Shown here in pieces: positions 30,412 to 40,850 of a stretch of 64,000 nucleotides of DNA. A program made the translations under genes and the position numbers. How positions within the stretch are numbered: position 1 is the first letter of the stretch; the number at the start of each line of letters is the position of its first letter. Below the pieces are notes generated by a model that was given only the letters and a program-made list of their open reading frames with translations, was not told the origin of the DNA and ran no database searches. Source of the stretch: Candidatus Bathyarchaeota archaeon (GTDB lineage Archaea > Thermoproteota > Bathyarchaeia > Bathyarchaeales > Bathycorpusculaceae); the NCBI GenBank assembly GCA_963768425.1, contig CAVYHV010000017.1:96001-160000 (forward strand), read 5' to 3'.

Positions 30412-31288
30412 TTACTTCTCTGTGGCTTCAAGCATTTTGTACATGACTTCGTAGGACTCCGCTAAGTCGGGATCAGCTTTGAGGAGTTTGGCTTTTAGCT
30501 GCTCCATTCGGTCAACGATCGCTTGCGAGTTCTTCTGCTTAAGCAAGTCCAGCCATTCCTGCGCTTTTGCGATGTAAAGGTCTTCGATTTTTGCCATCTC
30601 AGGCAGCTTAATCTGCAGGTTAGCAAATAGATCGGGAGTTTCAAGCGCGGTTACTTCCGCCAGGGTGAAGAGCATGCGGTAAGTCGTCCCAGCCACTTGC
30701 TTGGTTTCAACGAAGCCCTTTTGATCAAGGAGAGTTTCGCAGACGGCTAATCCAAGGAAATGGGGCAATCCGAGAACGACGGACATGAGTTGGTCATGTT
30801 TTTTGGGGGTCATTATGAAAACATGCGCTTCTTCCTTTTCCAGCCATTTCCTAAAGCCATCCGCATACTTCTCCTCGGCATCGTTCGTAGGTGTGAGGAC
30901 GTAAGCTTTGTGTTTTACGCCTTTGCTGCCTGGACCAAAAACCGGATGAGTGCCCAACACCAAGCCATGCTTGATGTATTGATGCATGACTTTGACGGGG
31001 TATTCCTTGATTGAACATATGTCCGTGACCGCCTGCCCATCATGAACGTAAGGAGCTATTTTTTTAACGACATCTTCAAAGCTGCTAATAGAAACGCAAA
31101 TCACGATTTCGTCGGCTGCCTTGACTGCTTCTACAAAGTCAGTGGTAGTTTCAACGCCTAGTTCTTTTCCGAGACTTAGACAGTTTCTCAGCTTTTCTGT
31201 CTGACAGAATTACGCTGTCGCCTTTCTCTTTGCAAAACTTTGCGAACCAAACACCCATTTTTCCCGCGCCGAGAACGGCGGTTTTCAT
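30412..31288 (-). CDS. tyrA: prephenate/arogenate dehydrogenase, indel near 31170
   Basis: MKTAVLGAGKMG start read by hand; DICSIK, HPVFGP, HDQLMS..LGLPH motifs. Confidence 0.93.
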
Positions 31289-32364
31289 TTAAGCGCCTCG
31301 CTGATTTTATCCAACCCGACCTTTATTTCTTCTCTGGGGGCAGTCAAGGAGATTCGGAAGTGTTCTCTGTAGTCGCCAAATGCTGTTCCTGGAGCCACGG
31401 CGACGCCTTTGTCAAGCAGGTCCAATGTGAATTTTTCTGAGTCCAAACCTTTACGTTTGGGGAACACGTAGAAGGGTGCTTCAGGTTCTGTGAAGGAAAG
31501 CCCTGCTTTCGCCAATGTTTTGCATGCAATTTTTGCGCGTTGTGCGTATTCTTTTTCGATGGTTTTAGTAAGGTTCTTCTGCATTTCAAGGCCTTTCAGA
31601 GCTGCTTCTTGGATGAAGACTGGGACGTTGTTTATGGTAATTTGGTTTAGTTTTGTGATGTTGTCAATTAGTGGCTTGTTAGCTATGATGTAGCCGATTC
31701 GCCAGCCTGTCATGGTGAACATTTTTGAGAATCCATTTGAAAGAACGTGGGTGTTGTTGCCGTCGTATTCAAGGATGCTTTTTGTTTTCACGAAGCTGAT
31801 AGGACCATAAACTTCGTCTGACAGAATGGTAATGCCTTTCTTGTTGGCGATTTCCACAATGCCGTCTAAAGTCTTGGAATCCATAACTTTGCTTGTCGGG
31901 TTATTCGGGTTGTTTAGAATTATCATCTTTGTGTTTTTGTCTATCAATGCTTCAAGCTTGCATAAATCCACTTTCCAGCCGTCTTCCATTTCAGTTCTAA
32001 GCAGCCGCGTCTGGGCGCCGATGCTTTTAGCCATCAGATCGTAAGCGGTCCAGTAAGGCGTGGGTATAATGATGTTGCCACCAGCCTTCATTGTTAAATA
32101 GAGGGTTGCAAAGACGCCCCATTTTGAACCTGGTGTGATAACCACGTTTTCGGCTTTTACTCCATGAATTTTAGCGAGTTTTTGCCTTAGTTTTTCCTCG
32201 CCATAAGCTGAAGAATACTTGGTTTTCCCTGCCTTCATCGCAGCGTATGCTGCCTCTACAATCTCCGTGGGCGTGGCTAGGTCAGGGTCACCTAGGTTTA
32301 AGCGGATTATTTTTTTCCCTTGGTTTTCGAGTCTTATGGCTTTCTCGTTTATTTCGTAGAGCAT
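31285..32364 (-). CDS. class I/II PLP aminotransferase (aromatic/aspartate)
   Basis: NNPNNPT, SDEVY, SKMFTMTGWRIG motifs. Confidence 0.93.
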   Translation of the reverse strand: MLYEINEKAIRLENQGKKIIRLNLGDPDLATPTEIVEAAYAAMKAGKTKYSSAYGEEKLRQKLAKIHGVKAENVVITPGSKWGVFATLYLTMKAGGNIIIPTPYWTAYDLMAKSIGAQTRLLRTEMEDGWKVDLCKLEALIDKNTKMIILNNPNNPTSKVMDSKTLDGIVEIANKKGITILSDEVYGPISFVKTKSILEYDGNNTHVLSNGFSKMFTMTGWRIGYIIANKPLIDNITKLNQITINNVPVFIQEAALKGLEMQKNLTKTIEKEYAQRAKIACKTLAKAGLSFTEPEAPFYVFPKRKGLDSEKFTLDLLDKGVAVAPGTAFGDYREHFRISLTAPREEIKVGLDKISEALK

Positions 32365-32393
32365 TAGTGAACTTTCCTTTTTCTGATTATTTC

Positions 32394-32657
32394 TTACTCT
32401 TGAACTGCACTGCACATATTAACTATTTCGCGGTAGAGTGCCTCAACTTTCTGGGAATCTAAGCCTAATTCACCAGATTTCTCTTTCACTTTTTTGTAAA
32501 CATCGTTTTCTCTGGAGACATCTTTTACAGGCATGCCGCGCTTCTTCTTCACTAAACCAATAGCCATGCATATCTTGATTCTTTCAGTCAGAGATTTCAA
32601 AATCAAATCGTCTACTTGGTCAACCTGCTTTCGGTACATTTCAAGCTCATCTAACAA
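32394..32657 (-). CDS. chorismate mutase (AroQ type)
   Basis: R..VD.VD..I...L.ER, K...GMPVKD..RE, VQE end; GGAGG before TTG. Confidence 0.92.
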   Translation of the reverse strand: MLDELEMYRKQVDQVDDLILKSLTERIKICMAIGLVKKKRGMPVKDVSRENDVYKKVKEKSGELGLDSQKVEALYREIVNMCSAVQE

Positions 32658-33765
32658 TTTTCTTTGCCTCCAAGACTTTCGAAATGAAACCACCACGGAT
32701 CATATGGTCAGCTAACGTAACAGCTACAGCGGCTTCCACCACCGGCACGGCTTTCGGGACCACACAGGGGTCATGCCTTCCTTTGACGGTTACAGATGCA
32801 TCTTCCATATTGGACATGTTCACGGTTTTCTGCGGCAAGCTGATGGAAGGCGTCGGTTTAATCGCTACCAGCATGAGAATTGGCATGCCGTTTGATAAGC
32901 CCCCCAAGATTCCACCCATGTTATTGGTGAAAGATGCAACTTTCCCGTTTTGCATGACGTAAGCGTCGTTGCTTTCTGAGCCTTTTGACTCAGCGATCCC
33001 GAAACCCAACCCGAATTCAACTGCTTTGACCGCTGGAACATTAAACAGCGCCTTAGCTAAATCAGCGTCAAGAGAGTCAAACAATGGCTCGCCTACCCCC
33101 ACTGGAACGTTGAGAACAAGACATTCGACTACGCCGCCTACGCTTTCACCTTCTTTTCTGGCTTCAACAATGACTTCCTTCATAATTTCACTGCACTCCA
33201 AGTCAGGGCATCGAGTCGCCGCCACATAACGATTCCTTCGGATCACTTCAGAACTAAACTTTTTGTCGCTTCTGATTTTGCCTATTGCTCTTGTATATGC
33301 TAAAACGTCGACGTCGAAGCGGCTTAGCAGTTTCTTGGCTATGGCGCCAGCCATTATTAATGCGACTGTGAGTCTTCCGCTGAAGCGTCCGCCCCCACGG
33401 TAATCGTTAAAGCCGCCGTACTTGATACTTGCAGTGTAGTCTGCGTGCCCGGGTCTTGGCAGATTCTTGTTTACCTCATAGTCTGAGGAGTCAACTTCTT
33501 TGTTCTCCACTGTCACCGCTATTGGTGCACCAGTCGTGAATCCATTAAAGACGCCTGAAAGGATTTTAGGCATGTCTTTTTCGATCCTTCCCGAAACAAT
33601 TTTGGGATCAGATGGGATGCGTCTGTCCAACTCGTCTTGAATGTCCGCTTCAGAGAGAGCTAAGCCTGCCGGGCAACCATCCACAACTACACCTACGATT
33701 TTGCCGTGGCTTTCTCCGAAACTGGTGACAACGAATTCTTTACCTATCGAATTTCCCGCCAACAA
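32647..33765 (-). CDS. aroC: chorismate synthase
   Basis: FGESHG, PRPGHAD, KPTPSI, GRHDPC motifs. Confidence 0.97.
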   Translation of the reverse strand: MLAGNSIGKEFVVTSFGESHGKIVGVVVDGCPAGLALSEADIQDELDRRIPSDPKIVSGRIEKDMPKILSGVFNGFTTGAPIAVTVENKEVDSSDYEVNKNLPRPGHADYTASIKYGGFNDYRGGGRFSGRLTVALIMAGAIAKKLLSRFDVDVLAYTRAIGKIRSDKKFSSEVIRRNRYVAATRCPDLECSEIMKEVIVEARKEGESVGGVVECLVLNVPVGVGEPLFDSLDADLAKALFNVPAVKAVEFGLGFGIAESKGSESNDAYVMQNGKVASFTNNMGGILGGLSNGMPILMLVAIKPTPSISLPQKTVNMSNMEDASVTVKGRHDPCVVPKAVPVVEAAVAVTLADHMIRGGFISKVLEAKKIVR

Positions 33766-35044
33766 TTTCCGCTCCTAACTGTTGTAGATGAATAAAGAAC
33801 TGTGGATAAGACTTTCTGACGCATTGAGCGTTTTGAATGAGAGTTTGCTTTTCCGCGCCTAGGGCTGCTACCGCGCAAGCCATCACTATACGATGGTCAT
33901 TGTGGGGGTTAATTGTGGCGCCGTGCAGGCTAGCGGTTTCCTTTATAGTTAGGCTGCTTGAATCCACTTCTATTTTGGCCCCCATCTTTGCGAATTCAGA
34001 ATGGAGGGATAGCAGCCTATCAGATTCTTTTAGCTTGAGCCTTTGCGCTCCGCTGATTTTTGAGGTACCTTTGGCGAAACATGCAAGAGCCGTGCACACT
34101 GGGACAAGATCAGGGATGTTTCTTGCATCGATGTTGAGTGGCTCAAGCGGACTTCCGACGCCGTCTATTTCGACGCTGTTCTCACAAACCTTGCCAGCTA
34201 CGCCCATTTGCTTGAGAATACCCAAAATTGCTTTGTCGCCCTGAATGGTCTCGTAATCGAGATCGTTTATCTGCACTTTTGAGTTAGTTACGGCTGCGGC
34301 TGCCAATAGAAATGCGGCTGAAGAGAAGTCTCCGGGCACTCGACAATCAACGGGCTTGAAGGTTTGGTTGGCTGGAATGACGATACTTTCGAAATTTCCG
34401 TAAACGTCCACTCTGATCCCATGCTTTGAGAGCACGTCCAAAGTCATCTTGACGTAGTCCGTTGACTCCAGCGGCGAGGTGAGCTTAATTTCAGTGTCAA
34501 CTTTAGCCATTGGGCATGCAAACATTAGACCCGAAATGAACTGGGAAGTAACATCGCCGCGAATTGAGGTTTGTCCTCCGAGGATTCCGCCGCCCTCGAC
34601 AATTACTGCGTCTTTGCCTCCGAATTTTTTTATATGAACCCTTGTGCCCAAATCGTCGAGGCTTTTGATTAGTGGTTCGATTGGTCTGCGGTTAAGAGAG
34701 CCGCGGAAGAGCAGCGTGGAAGAGTCACTTGCTAGGGCAGCTAGGGGTATCATGAAACGTAGCGTAGCCCCAGATTCTCCGCAGTCAACGGGTGCTTTCG
34801 CGTTTTGAATCGGCGCTGCGCCTTTGATAACCCAGCAGTTTTCCTCAAAGCTTGTTTCTGCACCTAACGCCGTTATCCCGCGCAAGGTAGCTTCTGTGTC
34901 TTCGGAAAGAAGCGGGTTTGAGACTTTTCCGGTACCGAATGAAAGCGCCGCTGCGATGAGCATTCTCTGTGTGTAAGATTTTGAAGGGGGAGCGCATAAT
35001 TCGCCTTTTAGTTTTTCAGATTTTTTAACGATTACGTCGACCAT
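33740..35044 (-). CDS. aroA: EPSP synthase
   Basis: PPSKS, GESGATLRF, SQFISG, KESDR, DHRI, KSYP motifs. Confidence 0.97.
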   Translation of the reverse strand: MVDVIVKKSEKLKGELCAPPSKSYTQRMLIAAALSFGTGKVSNPLLSEDTEATLRGITALGAETSFEENCWVIKGAAPIQNAKAPVDCGESGATLRFMIPLAALASDSSTLLFRGSLNRRPIEPLIKSLDDLGTRVHIKKFGGKDAVIVEGGGILGGQTSIRGDVTSQFISGLMFACPMAKVDTEIKLTSPLESTDYVKMTLDVLSKHGIRVDVYGNFESIVIPANQTFKPVDCRVPGDFSSAAFLLAAAAVTNSKVQINDLDYETIQGDKAILGILKQMGVAGKVCENSVEIDGVGSPLEPLNIDARNIPDLVPVCTALACFAKGTSKISGAQRLKLKESDRLLSLHSEFAKMGAKIEVDSSSLTIKETASLHGATINPHNDHRIVMACAVAALGAEKQTLIQNAQCVRKSYPQFFIHLQQLGAEIVGGKFDR

Positions 35045-35045
35045 G

Positions 35046-35916
35046 CTAAATCACCTTTGCTTTCTCCTGGTTGAAGTTGGCTTGCAAGACTTCGCCGTCG
35101 AATTTCTTAAGCGCAGCACTCACCGAATCAACTTTGCCCTTGGGCGTAACTGCTGTTACCGCTGGTCCTTTACCGCAGAGCCCAGCCGCCACCGCCCCAG
35201 CTTCCAACGCGTCAATCGCGATTGAGGAGTCATACCCCCATGCTGATGAGTAGATTATGCCGTTGAGCGTCAACGACTCCCAGAACTTGCCCGCTAAAGC
35301 TTCTTCGTAGGCAACTTGAACTAGCGGTTTTACTTTTCGTGCCCTCTCAACGTTTGAGTCAGCTGTGTAGGATTTTTCCAGAGGAACATGGAAAAGCACA
35401 ACCAAATCTTCAGGCAAAGGTGACTTTCTGAGAAGTTTCTGCTCCAAATTGTCAGTAATAACCACGCCGCCGAAATATGAAGCGCATGCATCGTCAAAAG
35501 CGCCCGTAACTGTCACTTTAGCGTCGAAAGCAGCGTCAACGCCCAGCCTGACGATTTCAACGTCATCCAGCGTTTCGCCCAAGAGCCGCTATAGTTGCCA
35601 ACGCAACCGCATTAGCTGCGGCACTGCTGCTTTTAAGCCCCTTTGCGATGGGAATGTTGGACCAAGTTTTGACTTTGGCGCCGAATCTCCTCTCCGCCTT
35701 AAAATATTGGAGAACTCGCGCGACAGTTTTTTCCATCAGAACCGTGCTTTCTTTCGGATCAGAAACTATCTCTGCGTTGAAAATCGCGACCTCATCCGTC
35801 AATTCTACCTGCGCCTTCGTAAACAGGTCAACTCCGAAAGCGGCGCCTTTGCCCAGCGCCATTGCGTTAACAATCGTTGCTGCGCCATGAGCTATAGCTG
35901 TGGCTTCCTTCGTCAA
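35046..35916 (-). CDS. aroK: archaeal (GHMP-type) shikimate kinase, split by indel near 35580
   Basis: IVNAMALGKGAAFG, GLKSSSA, TGAFDDACAS, G.GPA motifs. Confidence 0.93.
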
Positions 35917-36780
35917 CTCTTCTGCACCTTTCGCAAGTGACTAAGCGCTGCCTCCCTCATAACTTGAACTGGCGCCTTAGCTCCAGTCCAGATTTCAAAT
36001 GACGCTGCCCCTTGATAAATCAGCATTTCAACCCCACTGACCACTTTGGCGCCTGCAGCCTTCGCTTTTTTCGCTAATTTGGTTTCGATTGGGTTGTAGA
36101 CTATATCCATTACAGCTAAGTCAGGCTTGAGCCATTTTGGGGCTACCAGAGTTTCGTTATCGTTTGGTTTCATCCCGACTGAGGTAGCGTTAATCAGAAT
36201 GTCAGCATCAACTAGATTTCCTTTGACCGTGAGGGGGGAAAGCGCGTACGCAAACACTTTGCTGTCAAATGTTTCCTTTATGAGGTCAGCTAACTGGGCA
36301 GCTGGCACAATTGAACGATTCAAAATTGAAATCTCTGCTGTGTGCTCGGCCAAAGCGAAGGCTATAGCTCTTGCAGCGCCGCCTGCGCCAAGCAACATTA
36401 CTTTTTTGCCCTTGGGCTCAACTCCATTTTCTCTCAGAGCTGACAATGCACCGACGCCGTCAGTGTTAAAGCCCAAAAGTTTGCCATTTTCATTCTTTAC
36501 TGTGTTAACTGCCTTCAGAGCCTTGGCTGCCGGGTCAACTTCATCCAAGAAGCTAAGTACAGAGGCTTTATAAGGCATCGTAACGTTCAAGCCCTGAATC
36601 CCCAACGCACGTACGCCGTCCATGGCTTTTCCAACGTCAGGAGATTTTACATTAAACGCTAAGAATGTGCAGTCAAGTTTGGTTGCATGCAAACGCCGCG
36701 TTCTGCATAACTGGACTTAAGCTATGCTCAATGGGGTCGCCGATTACTCCGAAAACCTTGGTTTTCCCTGAAACAGCCAT
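35913..36780 (-). CDS. aroE: shikimate dehydrogenase, indel near 36690
   Basis: GDPIEHSLSP (read by hand), NVTMPYK, NTDG, GAGGAA, NATSVGM motifs. Confidence 0.95.
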
Positions 36781-36781
36781 T

Positions 36782-37465
36782 TCACTGTGCCCCCAAAAGC
36801 TCGTATGCAGCCTTCATTTTGCCGATAGACATTTGCCCCTTCGCAGTTTCGCTACCCTGCTCAAGACAAGCAAAAGTGAAGAAAGCGCCGAACATCGGTG
36901 AAATAAGCCTTGAAACCTTCCCTTCTTCGCCCATGCAGAAACAGACAAGCTTCACCTTACCTGAATGGGAAGATACAAAATTCAGCACTTCCAAATTGTC
37001 CTCGATTTTCTTGGCTGTCACCACAATTTTGCAGACGTTGGCGCCGCATGCGACTTCTTGCTCAAGAACGTTTTCCATCGATGAACGGCTTAATTCGCCG
37101 TCGAATTTGTGGTGGGAAACTATTATTTTGGCGCCCAGCTGCTTGAGTTTTTCGATTATTTCTTGGCGATTCGGGCTTGACAGGTCAACGTCAACGTACT
37201 CGAACCCGTTTTGGGCTGCATTTAGAAGACTTTGTTGACGTTCGGTTTCTGACGCCGAGGAAACGCCGTTTTCACTGGTCAGTTTATGGGTTGCGATTAA
37301 AGGGATTTTTGCGCTCTGAATAAATGCCTTCAAGTCTGTTGTAACATCCATGCGGTCGAGCCTAACTTCGATTAGGTCGGCTTTGGCTTCCTCCGCGCTT
37401 TTGATGAGGTTTAACGCTTCAGCCGTGTTTTTTGGAAGAATCGAAACGCAGATTCTCATTGTCAC
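36782..37465 (-). CDS. aroD: type I 3-dehydroquinate dehydratase
   Basis: IEVRLD, IVSHH, CKI, FCMGEEGKVSR, TA.GQ motifs. Confidence 0.95.
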   Translation of the reverse strand: MTMRICVSILPKNTAEALNLIKSAEEAKADLIEVRLDRMDVTTDLKAFIQSAKIPLIATHKLTSENGVSSASETERQQSLLNAAQNGFEYVDVDLSSPNRQEIIEKLKQLGAKIIVSHHKFDGELSRSSMENVLEQEVACGANVCKIVVTAKKIEDNLEVLNFVSSHSGKVKLVCFCMGEEGKVSRLISPMFGAFFTFACLEQGSETAKGQMSIGKMKAAYELLGAQ

Positions 37466-38504
37466 CTTTCAATCACCGTTTCTTCAGGCACGGAAACGCC
37501 AAAGTGCCTGCCTCCCTTAGCGGCTAAATGCACCAGAACCTCGTCGTTTACGTTGAGTTCCGTGACGGGTTTGGAGGCTTTCGGCGTGACAAGGCGGATG
37601 GTTTCAGCGTTTTGCAGTATAGTTTTGATTTTTGTGTCGTCCGCTTGCGCTTCAATCAGGATGAGTGGTCGGAACTCGATTTTTGACCTGCCCACATTGG
37701 TTATTCTTGCTTTTCCTTCTCTGTTAATGATTAAAACTTCGTCCCCGGCTTTCAGTTCAGAGAGGTACCGAGTGTTCTGGATCGATGTTAGCGTGTAATG
37801 TGATGCAGGTCCAGCGTTCACTCGGAAGGGTCGGGATTGCACATACGGGTTCTCATTTACTTCCGCCTCAACGAGGAAGAACCCTGCTGATTGGCAGCCA
37901 ACGAGCATTCCCTCGCCTGGAACCATCAAATCTACAGTGTCCACGCAGACTCTTGCACCTGTGCCGATAGTTTGAATGGAGAGAACCTTTGCGATCGTTA
38001 ACGCGACCTTAGGAATTTGACCCTTGACCAGCTTTACTGTTTTGGCGAGTTCATTGAGGTTTGAGGTTTTTAGTAGAACACCGTCTGTTCCCAGCTCTAA
38101 GGCTTCAAGAACCACTTTGGCTTCTTGCGCGGTGGCGACTTCGCGATAAGTTTGCTTTTACCCCCATGCGCCTTCGCAATTAAGTTCTCCAGCGGGATAA
38201 CACGCCAATCAAACGTGCTAATAATTATGTAATCAACTCCCATCTCAGCCGCTTTGGCAGCGCGGTTCTCTTCTTCTTTCCCTGTTATGTTGATTTTAAC
38301 GGCGGTTTTTCTGCTTTCATTTTTAGTTTGCGAAATTTTTTTCTCAGACAGATCAGCGAGGAAAACTATGTCTAATTTGCCGTTACGGGTGCTCGCTTGG
38401 GTTCCTTCGAGCACTACATCCGCGTTTTCATGTGCAGTGCTGAGCAAGTTTTCTTTTTCTTGCGGTGAAGCCGCATGTTCGATTTCTACCCAAAGTTCCT
38501 TCAC
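37462..38504 (-). CDS. 3-dehydroquinate synthase II (AroB'), split by indel near 38130
   Basis: DWRVIPLENLIA, RVCVDT, RPFRVNAG, LQNAETI, GRHFG motifs. Confidence 0.94.
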
Positions 38505-39291
38505 GTTTTTTCACCGAGAATTTTAGCGCTTCTTGCACGCTGGCGCCGCCGTGAACGATTGCTGAGAGCGCCTTGACGATTAGGGTTGGGTTTTCATGTT
38601 GGAAGACGTTGCGTCCGATTGAAAGCCCAGATGCTCCAGCTGAAAGGGCGTCATGTGTGGTTTGGAGAACTTCTTCAGAAGTCTTGCATTTCGGTCCCCC
38701 GGCAATCACCACTGGAACGGGGCAACTCTCCACCACGGTTTTGAAGGTGTCTATGCTTCCTGTAAAGTTTGCTTTGATGATGTCTGCGCCAAGCTCGGCG
38801 CCGATTCGTGCTGCATGAGCAACGACGTCGGCTGCGTGTTCATTTTGTATTTTGGGTCCCCGAGGATACATCATTGCAAGAAGCGGCATGCCGTAAACAT
38901 CACATTCGTCGGCTACGCTACCAAGGTTTTGAAGCATTTTGTCTTCGTCTTGGGCGCCGATGTTAACGTGCACTGAAACCGCGTCTGCACCAAGGCGAAT
39001 TGCTTCCTGTACGCTGCAAACTTGGACTTTGCCGTTCACGTTCGGGCTAAGGTTTGACATGCCTGAAAGCATCACGATTAACCCTACGTCATCAGCGTCG
39101 GTGTGTTTAGCGATGCCTTTGTGGACAAGGACGGCGTCGGCGCCGCCTTTGATGAGTTGATCGATTGTTTTCTGCATGTTGGTTAACCCTTGGATTGGGC
39201 CGATTGTTACGCCGTGGTCCATAGGTACGATTACAGTACGGTTGTCTTGCTGCATTATTCTTCTTAGTCTTCGACTTTTTCCTTGATTCAT
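38501..39291 (-). CDS. 2-amino-3,7-dideoxy-D-threo-hept-6-ulosonate synthase (AroA', class I aldolase family)
   Basis: PMDHG, MMYPRG, ELGADIIK, AGGPK, GRNVFQ; adjacent to DHQ synthase II; 3' indel. Confidence 0.92.
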
Positions 39292-39300
39292 GTTTCCACC

Positions 39301-40549
39301 TTACTTAGCGCTCCTTAAAGAGTTTTTAATCATTTTGAGGGCTTTTTCCCGTTCATTCCAATCCACAAAAAGTAGGATGCTTGACGTTATTGTCAGTATT
39401 CCTGAAATGTTTATGCCGCTAACTCGCAAATCTTCACTGATTTTCCCAATTATGCCGTGGGTTTCCTCCAAGCCGACGCCGCTTGTCTTTATGAAAACAA
39501 GGTCCTTTTTCACAGCCATAGCGATCGTTTCCTTGTTGCTCTTTGTTATATTGTGGATATCGTTGAATAACCCCTCCAAGTTTGCTTCTTCTGAAACGTA
39601 AAGGATAACGGAGTTCGTGTTCATCGACATGCCCAAGAGATGCGAATGCAGCTTCGTTTTCTCAACCATCTCCTGAACGATCTGCGGGTTAGCTGAGATG
39701 CCGTTCCCTATCACGGTAATTTCGGCGACAGGGAAAGGATGCGCAATTTCAGCGTCAAGCTCACTGGCTAAGTCCACCTGTAACTAACGTTCCTTCTTCT
39801 GAAAGGTTGCCGCAGGCGTGGTTGATGACGCGGACGTTGATATTTTTGGGTTTGTACTTTAACGCTTTGCTGTGGATGAATTTCGCACCTGAATCGGCAA
39901 GCCCAACTAGCGTGTTGACATCGATTTCTTTTAGACGCTCAACGTTGGAAAGAAGTTTCGGGTCTCCTGTCATGATGCCGTTAGCGTCTGTTACCAAGAT
40001 GATTTCGTTCGCTCCTAGCGCTTCGGCGAGGACAAAGGCCGTTGTGTCGCTTCCACCTCTTCCAAGAGTTGTGATTTTGCCGTCTTTGGTTTTACCCAAG
40101 AAACCTGCAACCACGGGAACTGTGCCTTTTTCCATGATTGGCAGGACGCATTCACGGATATTTTTTTCGCAGTCTTTGAGGATTGGATTAGCATTTTGAA
40201 AGGCTGCATCAGTTATTATAGGCCAGTTGCTGTCAATCGGGTCAAAATAGCAGGATTCCGCTCCGTTCGTTCTTAGCGCTGTTGAGAAGATTCGGATGCT
40301 GGTCCGCTCACCCATCGACAGGATATCGTCCAAATCTTTTTTCTCCAGTTTCCCGTTGGAAGCGTTCTTCGCCGTAGCCATGAGGACATCAGTTGTTTTG
40401 CCCATAGCGGAAACTACAACAGCGATCCGAGTGCCTTTTTTAGCTTCATTAACCACAGCAACCACAGCTTTTAAGAGTCTTTCGTGATCCGCTAGGCTAG
40501 ACCCACCGAATTTAACAACAATTGTTTTGTTAGAGCGAGTTTTCTCCAT
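39301..40549 (-). CDS. lysC: aspartate kinase, split by indel near 39770
   Basis: KFGGSS, VVSAMG, TTLGRGGSDTTA motifs and C-terminal ACT domains. Confidence 0.93.
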
Positions 40550-40566
40550 TTGTTACACCCGTGCTT

Positions 40567-40605
40567 GCCCAGAACCAACCCCAAAAAAATTCTTTAGTTC
40601 TGGGC
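40567..40605 (-). promoter_or_regulatory. attenuator-like hairpin enclosing a U7 tract
   Basis: mRNA sense GCCCAGAACTAA-AGAATTTTTTTGGGG-TTGGTTCTGGGC; 12 bp with one G.U; 5' arm is the last codons and stop of the leader ORF. Confidence 0.75.
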
Positions 40606-40689
40606 TTGAGGAAAATAACTATAATAAAAGTAGTCGAAGCTCTGGAACCATGAGGCAACGTTTTCTTTGTTGAGTGCGAGATTAGACAT
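40594..40689 (-). CDS. putative aromatic leader peptide MSNLALNKENVASWFQSFDYFYYSYFPQAQN
   Basis: 31 codons; 9 of residues 14-26 aromatic (1 W, 4 F, 4 Y); stop 44 nt before the first gene of the aro operon. Confidence 0.85.
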   Translation of the reverse strand: MSNLALNKENVASWFQSFDYFYYSYFPQAQN

Positions 40690-40728
40690 TGAAGCTTCGA
40701 ACCTTGCAGAATGAGTCATAAAATAGAA

Positions 40729-40744
40729 AATATAAGCGTTTCGG
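40729..40744 (-). promoter_or_regulatory. BRE/TATA promoter of leader plus aro operon
   Basis: Minus strand CCGAAACG-CTTATATT, about 40 nt before the leader ATG. Confidence 0.65.
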
Positions 40745-40850
40745 ATTCAGCCTCCATTTTAGTCGCCTGCCTGAGACTTTTAGGCCTTGAAATCTGTGTA
40801 TAGCATTTATCAACTTGTCCATTCTATAACAACAAGCAGGAAGAGCCGCC

